Source: a virus. Taken from it: 64,000 nucleotides of DNA. Location: the IMG/VR virus record IMGVR_UViG_3300028127_000003. One strand, 5' to 3'. How positions within the stretch are numbered: position 1 is the stretch's first letter; each line of letters opens with the position of its first letter. Of this stretch, positions 10,954 through 21,330 are shown in pieces. The translations under genes and the position numbers were made by a program. The notes under the pieces are model-generated. The model did not search any database, was not told where the DNA came from, and saw only the letters and a program-made list of their open reading frames with translations.

Positions 10954-10981
10954 AATATTAAAATCTAAAAGTTAGTTCTAA

Positions 10982-12421
10982 TTAAAGAGCTAATCCTTTA
11001 ACTTCGTATGTAACATATTGAGTTTCTGGGTGGAAACCTGCTTCAACTAATGCGAATCTAGATTTAACAGCTACTTTAGGAGCCATAGTTCCTTCAGCGA
11101 TTGTTTGTACTGATTCAGCCATTAAGTAAGGCATGAATACTAATCCAGGACCATTACCGTCACCTTTTCTACCAACTACTACTTCGTAATTAGAATCATT
11201 AGCTCCCCATGCTTGTCTTGGGTCAGTGTATACATTTACACCAGCTACAGAACCTACTGGGTAGATTGCACCTGCTGCTTGTGATAATGTGTTAGCCATT
11301 GGGTTAGCAACGAAACCAGCAACTGATTGTAAAGCTGTAGCCACTTTAGGACCTACAACACAAAAGTTACCAGCACCTCTTCTACCTCTGTTTGCGATAA
11401 AGTTCGCAGCAGCAAGGATTGAAGTTAAGATTCTTCTATGGTTAGAAGCGATAGTCTCACCACCGAAATCAGCATTTAATGCTAAATTACAGTCTAAATT
11501 TACACCAGCAGCTGTAACGTTATCTTTACCTAAAGAATTAAGTTTAGCTAAGATTAAGTTGTTGATTGACTGAGTTAATTCGTTAGTTAATACTGACTCA
11601 ACTTGAGCAACAGCATCTACACCGAATTGTTTAAGATCTTGTACTTGTTCTCTAGTAACTGCAGCAGCAACTTGGAAAGTTTCAGCAGCAACACTTTTTG
11701 AGAATAAAGAAAGACCCATAACTTTGTCAGGAGTTTGTTCACCTGCACCTCTTGAGAATGGGTTACCATCTTCGTCAGCAGCAGCGAATCCTTTAATATG
11801 ATCTTCTAAACCTTTTACTAATTCTACTGATTTAACAATAGCGATAGTAGCATCATCTGCATCAACTTCAGTATCTAATGCGTTGATTGCATCAGCAACA
11901 GAACCTGAAGTAGAAGCTGCTTCAGCAACTTTATAGATATCCATGTTGTCAATTCTAGAAGAACCGATCCAAGTGAAAGTAAATCCACCTGATTCGTTAC
12001 CATCTACCTCAGCTTTAGCAGCGTCAGTTTTGATGTAAGTTGGAGCAACATCTCCAGCTAATTTACCACCTTCGTAAACGAAGTCTAAGTAAGATAAAAG
12101 ACCCATTGGTCCAGCCATTGGTACAACTGGTACTAAGTCTAAACCTATAGTTTGTGCAGCAACTTGCATTGCTAATGGTAATAATGTAGGAGCTTTATCA
12201 CCTGAACCGTCTGCAGTTGCAGAAGGTAAAGATACATTACCCATACCGTAGATGTTACCAGCAGTCCCTAAAGACATGATGTGTGCATCTTCGTAAAGTT
12301 TGTGGTTATGACAGTATTCTGACATCCACGCTAGTTTTTCTGCTTCGTTGATACCTGTAGCTGATTCGATGATCGGAGCCCAAGTTTCTCTAACTTCTGC
12401 AGAGTTAATTAAATTTGCCAT
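10982..12421 (-). CDS. gp23: major capsid protein
   Basis: LVPVVPMAGPMGLLSYLDFVY, SVAAETFQV, ELTQSIN, FMPY and KSRFAL motifs of T4-like HK97-fold MCPs. Confidence 0.95.
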   Translation of the reverse strand: MANLINSAEVRETWAPIIESATGINEAEKLAWMSEYCHNHKLYEDAHIMSLGTAGNIYGMGNVSLPSATADGSGDKAPTLLPLAMQVAAQTIGLDLVPVVPMAGPMGLLSYLDFVYEGGKLAGDVAPTYIKTDAAKAEVDGNESGGFTFTWIGSSRIDNMDIYKVAEAASTSGSVADAINALDTEVDADDATIAIVKSVELVKGLEDHIKGFAAADEDGNPFSRGAGEQTPDKVMGLSLFSKSVAAETFQVAAAVTREQVQDLKQFGVDAVAQVESVLTNELTQSINNLILAKLNSLGKDNVTAAGVNLDCNLALNADFGGETIASNHRRILTSILAAANFIANRGRRGAGNFCVVGPKVATALQSVAGFVANPMANTLSQAAGAIYPVGSVAGVNVYTDPRQAWGANDSNYEVVVGRKGDGNGPGLVFMPYLMAESVQTIAEGTMAPKVAVKSRFALVEAGFHPETQYVTYEVKGLAL

Positions 12422-12576
12422 TTTATTATTTGTTTTTTTTTAATGGTTGTTTAAATTTGATCGATTGAACGATCTTCTCGATGTTTGTCAGATTTTTTCT
12501 TCTTATCTGATTATCGATATACTATATATTGTTATTATATTTACGTTTTTTACGTTTTTCCTAAAATATTAAGATA

Positions 12577-14637
12577 TTACTTGTTGAATCTCTTGTTAAT
12601 AGACTTCTTAACATTAGTTAAATCATATAAAGGTTTTTTGTCTTCAATAACAGGAGCAGCTTCATTTACTGATTCTACTTTTTCCATAACAACTTTGACA
12701 TCTCTAAGATCTCTAGTTTGCCAGAAGTTTCTTACTTGGTAAGCAGTTTCTAGTTTATGGTATTTAGATTGAGCTATAAGAGCTGTTTTCTTGTTATCTG
12801 ACATGTTAGACCATGCTTCTTTATATTCTTCTGGCATCATTTCAATAACATTAGGTTCGTTAGTTTTAACGCTATTTATTAATGAAGAGTTCCATAATGT
12901 AAGAATTTGTCCTTCAGTTAAGAATCCTTTTCCTTCGATTGATTTTAATACTTTAGATTGATCTTCAGTATTTAATTCGTTATATTCTGCTTTCTTAGCT
13001 TCAGAAATAAATCTAAAGAAATGAGGGTTAGTATTTTCTTTAACAGTTGCTTTTTCGATTAAAGCAGATAATTTAGAACTAATTTCAGATTTGTAAGCAT
13101 CTAATGTATCTACTGTTTCAGTTTCTTCTACTGCTTCAGTTTCTTCTTCTTCAGTTTCTTCTACTGCTTCAGTTTCTTCTTCTTCAGTTTCTTCTACTGC
13201 TTCAGTTTCTTCTACGAATTCTTCTGCATTTTCTTTATCTTCAGCATCAACGTCTTCAACTTTATAAGTTTCTCCGTCTACTGTAAATTCTTTTTCTCCG
13301 TCTGCGATTGCTTTTGCTCTTGCAGCACCAAATGCATTTCCTTCTTCAACGTCTTCTTCTTCAGTTTCTTCAACTGCTTCAACGTCTTCTTCTTCAGAAA
13401 TTTCTTCGTCACCTGCATCGTCAACTGTGTCTTCTAATTCGTCTTCTAACTCGTCAGATTTGTCTTCAACTTCTGCACCATGATCTAATTCATTATCTTC
13501 AGCATCAACTGTAGGTTCAGTAACATCCGTAGAATCGTCTTCTGCTTCAATTTCTTCAACTTCTTTACCAGCTTCATCTTCTAGTAATAAGTTAGAATTA
13601 ACTGTTTCTGCAACGTATTCTGCGTATTCAGTAACTTTTTCTAAATTTTCTTTTAAGTATTCAATATACTTTAATAAGCCTTCATGAGTTGTTGCACCTT
13701 CATTATAAGATTCTGCTAAATAATTAGTATAGTCTTTAATTGATTCAACACCTTCAGCAACATGCTCAGTATATGCAACGCTATTATCTAATTTCTCAGA
13801 TATTTCGTTATTTGTAGTTATTGTATTATCTAAGTTTTCAGCAAGGTATGCAGAATACTCGATAGTCTTTTCTAATTTCTCAGCAAGATAGTTTGAATAT
13901 TCTTTAACGCTTTCAACTTCAGACTTTACAGATTCATCACTATTTAAAGATTCCATTCCCTCTTTAATAGTTTTTATTTCGCTTGATAAATACTGTGAAT
14001 ATTTATTAAAATCATCAGTACTTACGAATTTTGATTCAGCCATTTTGTTTTCAGTTTTATTTTCGGTTGTTAAAAGTTCTTTTGTATTTCCAATTTCATA
14101 AATTTGAATGCTAGAATCGTTATCAAATCCGAAAGATTCGTTAACTCTTTTTAATTCAGCATTTTCAAAGCCAGGATCTGCAACTAAATCATAAGTGAAT
14201 AATTGCTTAATTTTAACAGTCCCGTTAGATTCAACTGTACCAGCTGCTCTAGATGAAATTTGTAAAGGAACACCAGCATCAACCAAAGCTTTAGCCTGAC
14301 GACCAGCTTCAGTATCAAGTAATCTGATTTTACCTTTTACTTGTTTTGTTTCGCTATCATAGGATAATTCTTCAATAACGTGAGATACGTTTTTTAAAGA
14401 TACATCAAATGTTTGTGGGTGATCTAATTCTCCTAAAAGTTTAGAAGAACCTATTTTAGATTGAAGAGCTTCAATTTGTGGAACATATTCTGACTCAGTA
14501 TAGATTCTATTATTTCTATTCTTTTTGTCAATTTCTCCAAATATACCTTCAAGGACATAAGCCCCATCACCATCTTGTTTGAATTCTAATTCACTAGAAG
14601 ATCTTTCTAGGATTAATAGATTGTTTTTTGTATTCAT
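12577..14637 (-). CDS. gp21: prohead protease (gp21) fused to an acidic scaffold (gp22-like) domain
   Basis: LEGIF...KNRNNRIY, GELDHP, VSHVI, ISSRAAG and YDLVADPGF in the N-terminal ~170 aa, followed by a long acidic helical region. Confidence 0.88.
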   Translation of the reverse strand: MNTKNNLLILERSSSELEFKQDGDGAYVLEGIFGEIDKKNRNNRIYTESEYVPQIEALQSKIGSSKLLGELDHPQTFDVSLKNVSHVIEELSYDSETKQVKGKIRLLDTEAGRQAKALVDAGVPLQISSRAAGTVESNGTVKIKQLFTYDLVADPGFENAELKRVNESFGFDNDSSIQIYEIGNTKELLTTENKTENKMAESKFVSTDDFNKYSQYLSSEIKTIKEGMESLNSDESVKSEVESVKEYSNYLAEKLEKTIEYSAYLAENLDNTITTNNEISEKLDNSVAYTEHVAEGVESIKDYTNYLAESYNEGATTHEGLLKYIEYLKENLEKVTEYAEYVAETVNSNLLLEDEAGKEVEEIEAEDDSTDVTEPTVDAEDNELDHGAEVEDKSDELEDELEDTVDDAGDEEISEEEDVEAVEETEEEDVEEGNAFGAARAKAIADGEKEFTVDGETYKVEDVDAEDKENAEEFVEETEAVEETEEEETEAVEETEEEETEAVEETETVDTLDAYKSEISSKLSALIEKATVKENTNPHFFRFISEAKKAEYNELNTEDQSKVLKSIEGKGFLTEGQILTLWNSSLINSVKTNEPNVIEMMPEEYKEAWSNMSDNKKTALIAQSKYHKLETAYQVRNFWQTRDLRDVKVVMEKVESVNEAAPVIEDKKPLYDLTNVKKSINKRFNK
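13118..13213. repeat. 33-bp tandem repeat, about 2.9 copies, encoding EEETEAVEETE
   Basis: Unit tcagtttcttctactgcttcagtttcttcttct at 13118 and 13151, partial copy at 13184. Confidence 0.95.
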
Positions 14638-14699
14638 ATATTTTAATACTATGTTTGTTGTTTATATATCTTTTGAAGAATAATGATTTTTCATTTTTT

Positions 14700-15068
14700 C
14701 TATATTTCTAAATCTCCTAGCTCATCTTCTAAGCCTCCAGCACCTTCTTCGCCACCTTCTTCCTTCTTAGCAGCTTCTTCCTCCTCAGTTTCCTTAGCCT
14801 TTACTTCTGTTTCAACTTCTAAATAATAAGTGACTAGAGTTTGCATATCTTCTTCGGTAAATGCGTTATTACCGTATTCTTTATAAAAATATTCTTTGAA
14901 TTCTTTCTCTGTTTTACTTGTATTTATTACTCCTATAATTTCAGCAGATTTAATCTTTTCACCTGAATCTAAAAGAATATCATCTACTATTACATCTGAA
15001 TCGTCTCCGACTTCTAGTGCATCTTCTGTTAAATTAGAGTAGTTTTTAAATGTTTTTAAGTGTTTCAT
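14700..15068 (-). CDS. small acidic prohead core/internal protein (gp67/68 position)
   Basis: Lies between portal and protease as in T4; N-terminus MKHLKTFKNYSNLTE/D. Confidence 0.55.
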   Translation of the reverse strand: MKHLKTFKNYSNLTEDALEVGDDSDVIVDDILLDSGEKIKSAEIIGVINTSKTEKEFKEYFYKEYGNNAFTEEDMQTLVTYYLEVETEVKAKETEEEEAAKKEEGGEEGAGGLEDELGDLEI

Positions 15069-15090
15069 TGCTAATTATATATTCTTTTTT

Positions 15091-16686
15091 CTAGAATCCC
15101 ATGTCCATAGGGTCCACCTCAGGTTCTTCTGCTTCTTCAGAAGCTTGTCTTTGTTTATAAGCTTCGTTTGCAGCTTTATCGTCAGGGGATAATTTTAAAT
15201 ATCTGTCTACTAAGAATTCCATATCAAAGTAAGGCATTTCTTCCATAGTAACTGGATCTGTTTTCATTAGAGAATCTTGCATTGTAGATATAAAGTCTAA
15301 TCGTTTCTCCATGATTTCCATTTGTTTTAATTCAGCAAACATATTCTCTTCATTAAATTGAATAGCTATTTGAGTTCTAAAACCTGCATCATCTTTAAAT
15401 TCAGGAAATTTAAGACACATTTGTAACCATAGGGGTTTTACTAAAATTTCTTGGAAAGAAGAACGTAATCTTTTGATAAATTTAGAAAACTTAATTTCAT
15501 CTCTAATCATACCATCAGCTGCAAGGTTAAAGTCACCTCCACCGTCTTCGTACATGAATCTATTGAATGGTATTTTAGAAACCATTTTTAATTTATCATT
15601 AAAATATTTAAGTGCTTCTGTATCTGATAATTCGGGACCGTCTCCTCCTAAAGTTTCAATCTCTGGAGATTCTCCTTCTTTAGATGGTAACCAATATTCT
15701 TTGTTAAATTGGAGCATTGGTTTTCCATTAGTTGCTAATGTAGCTGAATCCCAATCAAAATCTACAACTTCTTTATAATTACCCATTAATTGAGCAAGAG
15801 ATTGTTTAGCTCTTGTTTTAGATTTACCACCAACTGGAATAATAAACTTCATTCTATATGATGAGTTTGTAACCGCCCAGATAACTCTAGTATGTTCCAT
15901 TATTCTCATCAGGTTAAATGATCTTATAAGTCTTTCTAAGTAACTTACTCTCGAGGCAGTGGTTATTGAAGAATAAGAAAGATAGATAATCTGTGAATCA
16001 TACAGGACTCTCTCCTTAACAGGATCGTCCTTAAATTGAACCCATACTTTTTTACCATCATCTTTATTATAACCTGGCATTAGTGTAATAGGATCTATTT
16101 CCTTAAATCCTATAATCTGATCTTGATCTGGGCTGTAAATAATTTCAAAAGAAAGATATCCGTCAATTAAGAATTTTCTAAAGAAGTACCATGCCGATTG
16201 ATCTGAATTAAATCCAAAATATTGATATAAATCTCTGTATGATTTATTTAAGTACTTTGTAACTTCTTCTGAAACATCCATTCCTATAAGTTCTGGATTT
16301 CCAATAAAGTTCTTATTGTCATACACGATAGATTCATCACATAAGATATCTAATATATCTTCTATTTCATCATGTGTAGAAAATCTTCTTAATTCTTCTC
16401 TTTTACCTTCATAACCTTGGTCAAAGAAAGGAATATTTTTTCTCATATTGGTATCTGCCATCGATAATGCAGCAAATGCCCCATACATGTTATCGTCATC
16501 TAGACCCATCTGATTCATTTGGCCGTAACCAAATTCATCTTCTACAGGGCCTATTGCCTGAGATTGTCTTAAGACTAAATCATCGTAATACATTCCGAAA
16601 GACGAGAGTCTTTTTAATGTATCACTTAGTGTGAATGATCTTTTACCAGTACTTAATGGTCCGTTTCTTTCTATAAATCCTGCCAT
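15091..16686 (-). CDS. gp20: portal protein
   Basis: FRKFLIDG, SYLERLIR, YWLP...EIETL.G, MIRDEIKFSKFIKRLR. Confidence 0.95.
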   Translation of the reverse strand: MAGFIERNGPLSTGKRSFTLSDTLKRLSSFGMYYDDLVLRQSQAIGPVEDEFGYGQMNQMGLDDDNMYGAFAALSMADTNMRKNIPFFDQGYEGKREELRRFSTHDEIEDILDILCDESIVYDNKNFIGNPELIGMDVSEEVTKYLNKSYRDLYQYFGFNSDQSAWYFFRKFLIDGYLSFEIIYSPDQDQIIGFKEIDPITLMPGYNKDDGKKVWVQFKDDPVKERVLYDSQIIYLSYSSITTASRVSYLERLIRSFNLMRIMEHTRVIWAVTNSSYRMKFIIPVGGKSKTRAKQSLAQLMGNYKEVVDFDWDSATLATNGKPMLQFNKEYWLPSKEGESPEIETLGGDGPELSDTEALKYFNDKLKMVSKIPFNRFMYEDGGGDFNLAADGMIRDEIKFSKFIKRLRSSFQEILVKPLWLQMCLKFPEFKDDAGFRTQIAIQFNEENMFAELKQMEIMEKRLDFISTMQDSLMKTDPVTMEEMPYFDMEFLVDRYLKLSPDDKAANEAYKQRQASEEAEEPEVDPMDMGF

Positions 16687-16718
16687 GTGTTAAAATTACA
16701 ATTGTATTATACTTCTCT

Positions 16719-17315
16719 TTATATATTCTTTTTTCTACGATGATCTTCAAATAATCTAATAAGCTGCTGTTTATCAATTCCCTGAAGAGAATCGAAGTCA
16801 CATATTGCCATCTTACACCAATCTTTATAAGCTACTACAGCTTGATTAGTTTTTTTAGAAGGCTTATATCTTCTTATTGCAAAATCATATCCAAATGATT
16901 CAAGATATCTTTTTGCACCTTTATATGAAAATCTGGGTAAACCTTTTTGTTTTTTAGCGTCTTCCTTTTTAGAAGCGGATTTTATAGATGATTCGTATCT
17001 ACCATATATCTCGTCTAAGAATTCTTCTCTAAATTTAGGAGGAAGCATTGTTATATTAATTCCTATGTCGTCTCCTTCATAAGGATCTAAGGCTAGAACA
17101 ACAGGATTATCATCATACCATTTAATATCCTCTGTTATTGGGGTATATTCAAATACATACATTTTTCCTGGAACAAATCTAGATCTAATAGAACCCACTG
17201 CCTTTTCCTTTTTATCCTTTAAACTTTTTTGAAACCACTGTTCAGCCTCGTTGGCCGCCTTGGCCCTACCCTTGCCCTTTATTAATTTTTTTATTTCCTC
17301 TTTAATGTAGCCCAT
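16719..17315 (-). CDS. gp2: DNA end protector protein
   Basis: PGKMYVFEY...WYDDNPVVL...GINITMLPP. Confidence 0.8.
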   Translation of the reverse strand: MGYIKEEIKKLIKGKGRAKAANEAEQWFQKSLKDKKEKAVGSIRSRFVPGKMYVFEYTPITEDIKWYDDNPVVLALDPYEGDDIGINITMLPPKFREEFLDEIYGRYESSIKSASKKEDAKKQKGLPRFSYKGAKRYLESFGYDFAIRRYKPSKKTNQAVVAYKDWCKMAICDFDSLQGIDKQQLIRLFEDHRRKKNI

Positions 17316-17790
17316 TTATTATAGTTTCTTCTGTTAGAACTATGAAGTTCCAATTTCTTTGAGAGCAGAATTCTTTAGCTGCATTATATTTATCCATATT
17401 TTTAACATATTGCTCTGCTAAAAATTTATATGACTTAAGAGCCTTCTTAGAATTTACTCTAGGAGGCTCTGGTTTTATTATCTGTTGCTTTGGTTTGATT
17501 TCTACTAGATATTCTTTAGTAGTTTTATCGGGCTGAATTGCCTTAAAATAAAAATCAGGGTAATATTTCCTTTTGGTAGAATCTTGTCTAGACCAATATG
17601 GTATTTCAACTGGTTCGCTTGACCACATACTTACCTTTTCATTTTTGTCACACCACATCATAAACTTACGTTCCCAGGAACTTCTATATATGATAGGAGT
17701 AGGTCCTGCATATTTAGAAGGATTATTAGGTTTATAATAACCTTGATTAAATCCTGAATTTTTAGTTGGTTTGACATTCTTTATTGACAT
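17302..17790 (-). CDS. gp4: head completion nuclease
   Basis: YKPNNPSKY...YRSSWE...WSSEP..IPY...YYPDF...EIKP. Confidence 0.9.
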   Translation of the reverse strand: MSIKNVKPTKNSGFNQGYYKPNNPSKYAGPTPIIYRSSWERKFMMWCDKNEKVSMWSSEPVEIPYWSRQDSTKRKYYPDFYFKAIQPDKTTKEYLVEIKPKQQIIKPEPPRVNSKKALKSYKFLAEQYVKNMDKYNAAKEFCSQRNWNFIVLTEETIINGLH

Positions 17791-18173
17791 TAGATGCTAT
17801 AAATTCCTGTTTGATTTTCAGAGTTGCCTGATCCTTTGTCTATAGATAGAGTTCCTTTGTATTTTTGAGGGTGAATCTTATTCCATCCTTTGGCGTATCC
17901 TCTCTTTGCTATCTCTGTGAAATAAGCAAATGCATTTGGATATTTAGGATTGAAGTTTCTCCAATATTTTAAAAGGTCTAATATAGCGAATTGTAGACAA
18001 TCGTTCCTATCATCTTCACTAACATACCTCATCCTATTGATCGCCTTTTCTGCCAAGAGAATTAGCATTTTTTCAGCATCTCTTGTTAATTTATCCTGTT
18101 CTTTTGAAAGGACCATTTGATCAAAGAGGTCTCTGTTATTTAAATAGTTTTTTGATTTTCTTCTTTTAGCCAC
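17790..18173 (-). CDS. gp55: late-transcription sigma factor, compact
   Basis: NYLNNRDL, DCLQFAILDLLKYWRNFNPKYPNAFAYFTEIA match the gp55 conserved blocks. Confidence 0.8.
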   Translation of the reverse strand: MAKRRKSKNYLNNRDLFDQMVLSKEQDKLTRDAEKMLILLAEKAINRMRYVSEDDRNDCLQFAILDLLKYWRNFNPKYPNAFAYFTEIAKRGYAKGWNKIHPQKYKGTLSIDKGSGNSENQTGIYSI

Positions 18174-18232
18174 AATGTTGTTGGTTTATTTATAGAGATT
18201 ATACTCAAAAATGTTAAAAAGTTTATTAACCT

Positions 18233-18256
18233 AAAAAAGGGACCAATGGTCCCTTC
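18233..18256 (-). terminator. intrinsic terminator
   Basis: AAGGGACCA-t-TGGTCCCTT followed by Ts on the minus strand. Confidence 0.75.
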
Positions 18257-18277
18257 TCTATTTTACGATGATACGTC

Positions 18278-19030
18278 TTATGCGTTTAAAGCTTCGATCT
18301 TATCTTCCCATACTTTAATCTCTGAATTAATTAAAGCATCAGCAGCTTTAATTTCTTCAATTGATTTATCAGCTTCAGCTAATAAACCTCTTTGATCTTT
18401 TAAGAAAGAAATCATTTCTTCAAACTTTGAAATTTCTTCAGATTTCTTAGCAAGTTCTAAAGTTTCTCCTTCTAGCATTTCAATTACTACAGCTGAAGCG
18501 TCTTCTGAAGTTTCTGCTTTAATATAAGATACTGCTTCGTTAGCGGTAGCTGAAAAGAATTTATTTAATTTGGTGTCTTTGTTGAATCTTGAAATAAATA
18601 GATTTTCATCTAATTTAAATAAATCAACAGTGACACCTCCCTTCTTATACGTGGTAGCGAAGTCTAAATACATGAAATTTTCTACAATAGTAGAAAGGCT
18701 TTCAAATAATTCAGCTTTATTTTTGTTGTCATATCTAACTAGTCCGCTGGCTAATACGTATGTTGAGAATGATTCAGTAATTTCAGATGTTCCATTGTAG
18801 AACTTTCCTTCTTCAATGTTGTAAATAAATTTTGAACCTTTGTTATACCATTTGATATCGTTTCCTACTATATCGAAGTTTTCAAAAGCAGAAATTGCGT
18901 TTAAAAATTCTTTATTAGTTGGTCTTTCGATAATTTCAATGTTGTTTTCTTTTATTTCGTAAGCTCTATTATTTAAATAGAATTGAACGTTTTCTTCAAT
19001 TTTTACGAAAGGTGCTAACATGTTTGTCAT
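18278..19030 (-). CDS. hypothetical protein with C-terminal coiled coil
   Basis: 250 aa ORF with a late-type promoter upstream. Confidence 0.8.
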   Translation of the reverse strand: MTNMLAPFVKIEENVQFYLNNRAYEIKENNIEIIERPTNKEFLNAISAFENFDIVGNDIKWYNKGSKFIYNIEEGKFYNGTSEITESFSTYVLASGLVRYDNKNKAELFESLSTIVENFMYLDFATTYKKGGVTVDLFKLDENLFISRFNKDTKLNKFFSATANEAVSYIKAETSEDASAVVIEMLEGETLELAKKSEEISKFEEMISFLKDQRGLLAEADKSIEEIKAADALINSEIKVWEDKIEALNA

Positions 19031-19059
19031 TTTATTATTCGTTTAATTTTATTGTTTAA

Positions 19060-19953
19060 CTATATATCTGTATCGTTTTCATCAATTATGTTAGGATTGT
19101 CAGGTTGTGCCTGTGATTGCTCATCCTTTGCCTCTCCTTTATTAGATGTAATTGATTTTTGTTTTATTTCAAACATCCTATTTCCAGCGTGAAATTCAGA
19201 AGATCCACCTGAACCATATCTATATGCTCTAGATTCTCCAGATTCTCCAGATGATCCAGAACCTGGATTTCCGTCTGGCGTGTTTGAGAAAGAAGGTATA
19301 AATGAATTTACTTCTATTGGAAATGTTATTTTATATTTGTCTTTATCGTCGAATCCAAAATCTATTGGAGCCTCCACTGTATAATCATCCGGTAAAGAAT
19401 AATACGAAGGTAATCTGTACGTTCCTTCTTCTAGATGTCCTACTTCTATGTTAAAGTAATTAGATTTATATAATTTCTTTACTATCATTTCAGTAATCTT
19501 TAAAGAATCTAACATTGAAGATACTAAAACTTCTATGTCAAAATTTATTAAAATTGGAATCATTTCAAATTCAGAAGAATATGCTTGTAGAGCTCCTTCT
19601 TCATCAAGTCTAGAATAATTTCCCATTATTCTTTTATTGACTAGTTTAGAAGATTCTATAGATATTGAAGAAATTCTAGCGACTCCTCTTGGAATTACAT
19701 CGTAATTTCCATCTGCAAACCCAGGATCAGGGTAGCAGTCATCGCCACTTGCTGTTGTAAATAGAAAATTATCTCTTAAAAATTGATCGTCTCCTGTGAT
19801 CGAATAATAAAAAGGAACGTCTATATCCTTTCTCTCATTAGCGCTTACTTGTCTTTGAAACCAAACTTTATTATTTAAGTCTGCCAATAGACCGATAATT
19901 ATATGCCTAATTACAGAATCGTCCGTGTTATATTTAAGATTATATGTAGCCAT
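19060..19953 (-). CDS. gp15: tail sheath stabilizer/completion protein
   Basis: IRHIIIGLL..LN...I.VPFYY...FL...IPRG...PILINFDIEV resembles gp15. Confidence 0.65.
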   Translation of the reverse strand: MATYNLKYNTDDSVIRHIIIGLLADLNNKVWFQRQVSANERKDIDVPFYYSITGDDQFLRDNFLFTTASGDDCYPDPGFADGNYDVIPRGVARISSISIESSKLVNKRIMGNYSRLDEEGALQAYSSEFEMIPILINFDIEVLVSSMLDSLKITEMIVKKLYKSNYFNIEVGHLEEGTYRLPSYYSLPDDYTVEAPIDFGFDDKDKYKITFPIEVNSFIPSFSNTPDGNPGSGSSGESGESRAYRYGSGGSSEFHAGNRMFEIKQKSITSNKGEAKDEQSQAQPDNPNIIDENDTDI

Positions 19954-19956
19954 TTA

Positions 19957-21294
19957 TTATAGGTATCTTGTCGCTGCTCTTTGCCAGTTTGGTAAACCTG
20001 ACATTTTTAAACCAGCTGCTTTAACGAATGTTCTCATAGAAATATCGTTTGCGTTTTTCATAAATTCGTAGATTTCTTCCTTTTCTTTAAGTGGCATCTC
20101 GGTAGGTTCTAAATGGGGTAATAACCTTTCCATTCTTTCCATTAAGGTTGCATCATCAGGATTTACATCTACTAAAATAGATCTAGATCTAATAGCTCCA
20201 TCTGGATCTGCCTTTTCTTTTGCTAAATTCGAAATAAAAATTACTCTTCCTGCGAATTCAAATGAGTTAGGAACAATTCCATTTTCTTCTAATGTGAATG
20301 CTTCTTCAGGACTCACATCTTTAGGATCATATACTGCTTTAGTCTTTTTTAAATAAGAGATTTTTCTTACTTTCTTTGTATCTAATGCCGCTTTCATTAA
20401 GTTTCTACCGTTTTCATCTCTAAATACTGCATCACAGTCATCAAAGATTAATGTCTTATTTCTATATTGATAGAATTTCTTATACATCATAATAACAGAT
20501 GCTGCACCTGAAACCATAACGTAATCTTCTTCGTCAACAAGACCTTCATCTTTCATTGCTCTTTCTACATTATATGTTTTACCAGTACCTGCTCTACCTG
20601 AAATAAATAAAGAGTTAAATGCACCTGCAGCGACTCTTCTTGATATTTCGTAAATATCTTCCATTGTTTCTTCAAGATATTTAACCTTATCATTAAGTGT
20701 CATATCATTTTGTGTTTCAGCTGCGGTAGGTTTTACTACAACCTGCTGTCCTTTCTTAATATTCATGATTGAAGAATAAGGAACTTCTAATTCGTCTGCT
20801 ATTTTATTAACGGCCATTCCAGCTGCTAATTTAGCCTCGATCATTTTAATTTCTTCTTTAGAGAATGCTCTTTTAGTTCTTCTTTCTAATAACATTGACT
20901 CTTGTATAGATGCAACGTATTTTTTATCCATTAATCTAACGAATTCTCCAACTAATTTAACAATTGGGAATGTTTCAGATGAAATAGAAAAATCAGATTT
21001 AGCGTCTGCTGCATCTGAGAAATAGATTATAGAACCTACAATACCAGGGTTTTTTGCAGCAGCGGGAGTTACCATAAATGCCTCTGTACCTTTACTTGAG
21101 TAAAACATTACTCCAGAACCCATATCAGTTATCATTTCAAATGGAAACTTTTTAAAGTCCTTCTTTGTTTTCTTATTTACAAATCTTGCGATTATCGTAG
21201 CTGCTTTATTTAGAGAAGGATTTACAAGTTCTATTGAACCCGTTTTCATAGCTTCATTTAAATACTGATCGTATTTTAAGATTTTATTATTCAT
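19957..21294 (-). CDS. AAA+ ATPase with HTH and capsid-targeting-like N-terminus
   Basis: GRAGTGKT Walker A, LIFDDCD Walker B, RSR finger; HTH-like AVNKIADELEVPYSSIMNIKK; N-terminus KILKYDQYLNE/A. Confidence 0.8.
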   Translation of the reverse strand: MNNKILKYDQYLNEAMKTGSIELVNPSLNKAATIIARFVNKKTKKDFKKFPFEMITDMGSGVMFYSSKGTEAFMVTPAAAKNPGIVGSIIYFSDAADAKSDFSISSETFPIVKLVGEFVRLMDKKYVASIQESMLLERRTKRAFSKEEIKMIEAKLAAGMAVNKIADELEVPYSSIMNIKKGQQVVVKPTAAETQNDMTLNDKVKYLEETMEDIYEISRRVAAGAFNSLFISGRAGTGKTYNVERAMKDEGLVDEEDYVMVSGAASVIMMYKKFYQYRNKTLIFDDCDAVFRDENGRNLMKAALDTKKVRKISYLKKTKAVYDPKDVSPEEAFTLEENGIVPNSFEFAGRVIFISNLAKEKADPDGAIRSRSILVDVNPDDATLMERMERLLPHLEPTEMPLKEKEEIYEFMKNANDISMRTFVKAAGLKMSGLPNWQRAATRYL

Positions 21295-21330
21295 GTTTAA
21301 GTGAAATCTTTTTATTTGATTTATATATCT

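Noticed and set aside
13118-13213. Tandem repeats as a CRISPR mini-array
   Set aside because: The repeats are contiguous with no spacers and lie in frame within a coding acidic region; the same applies to 9807-9878.
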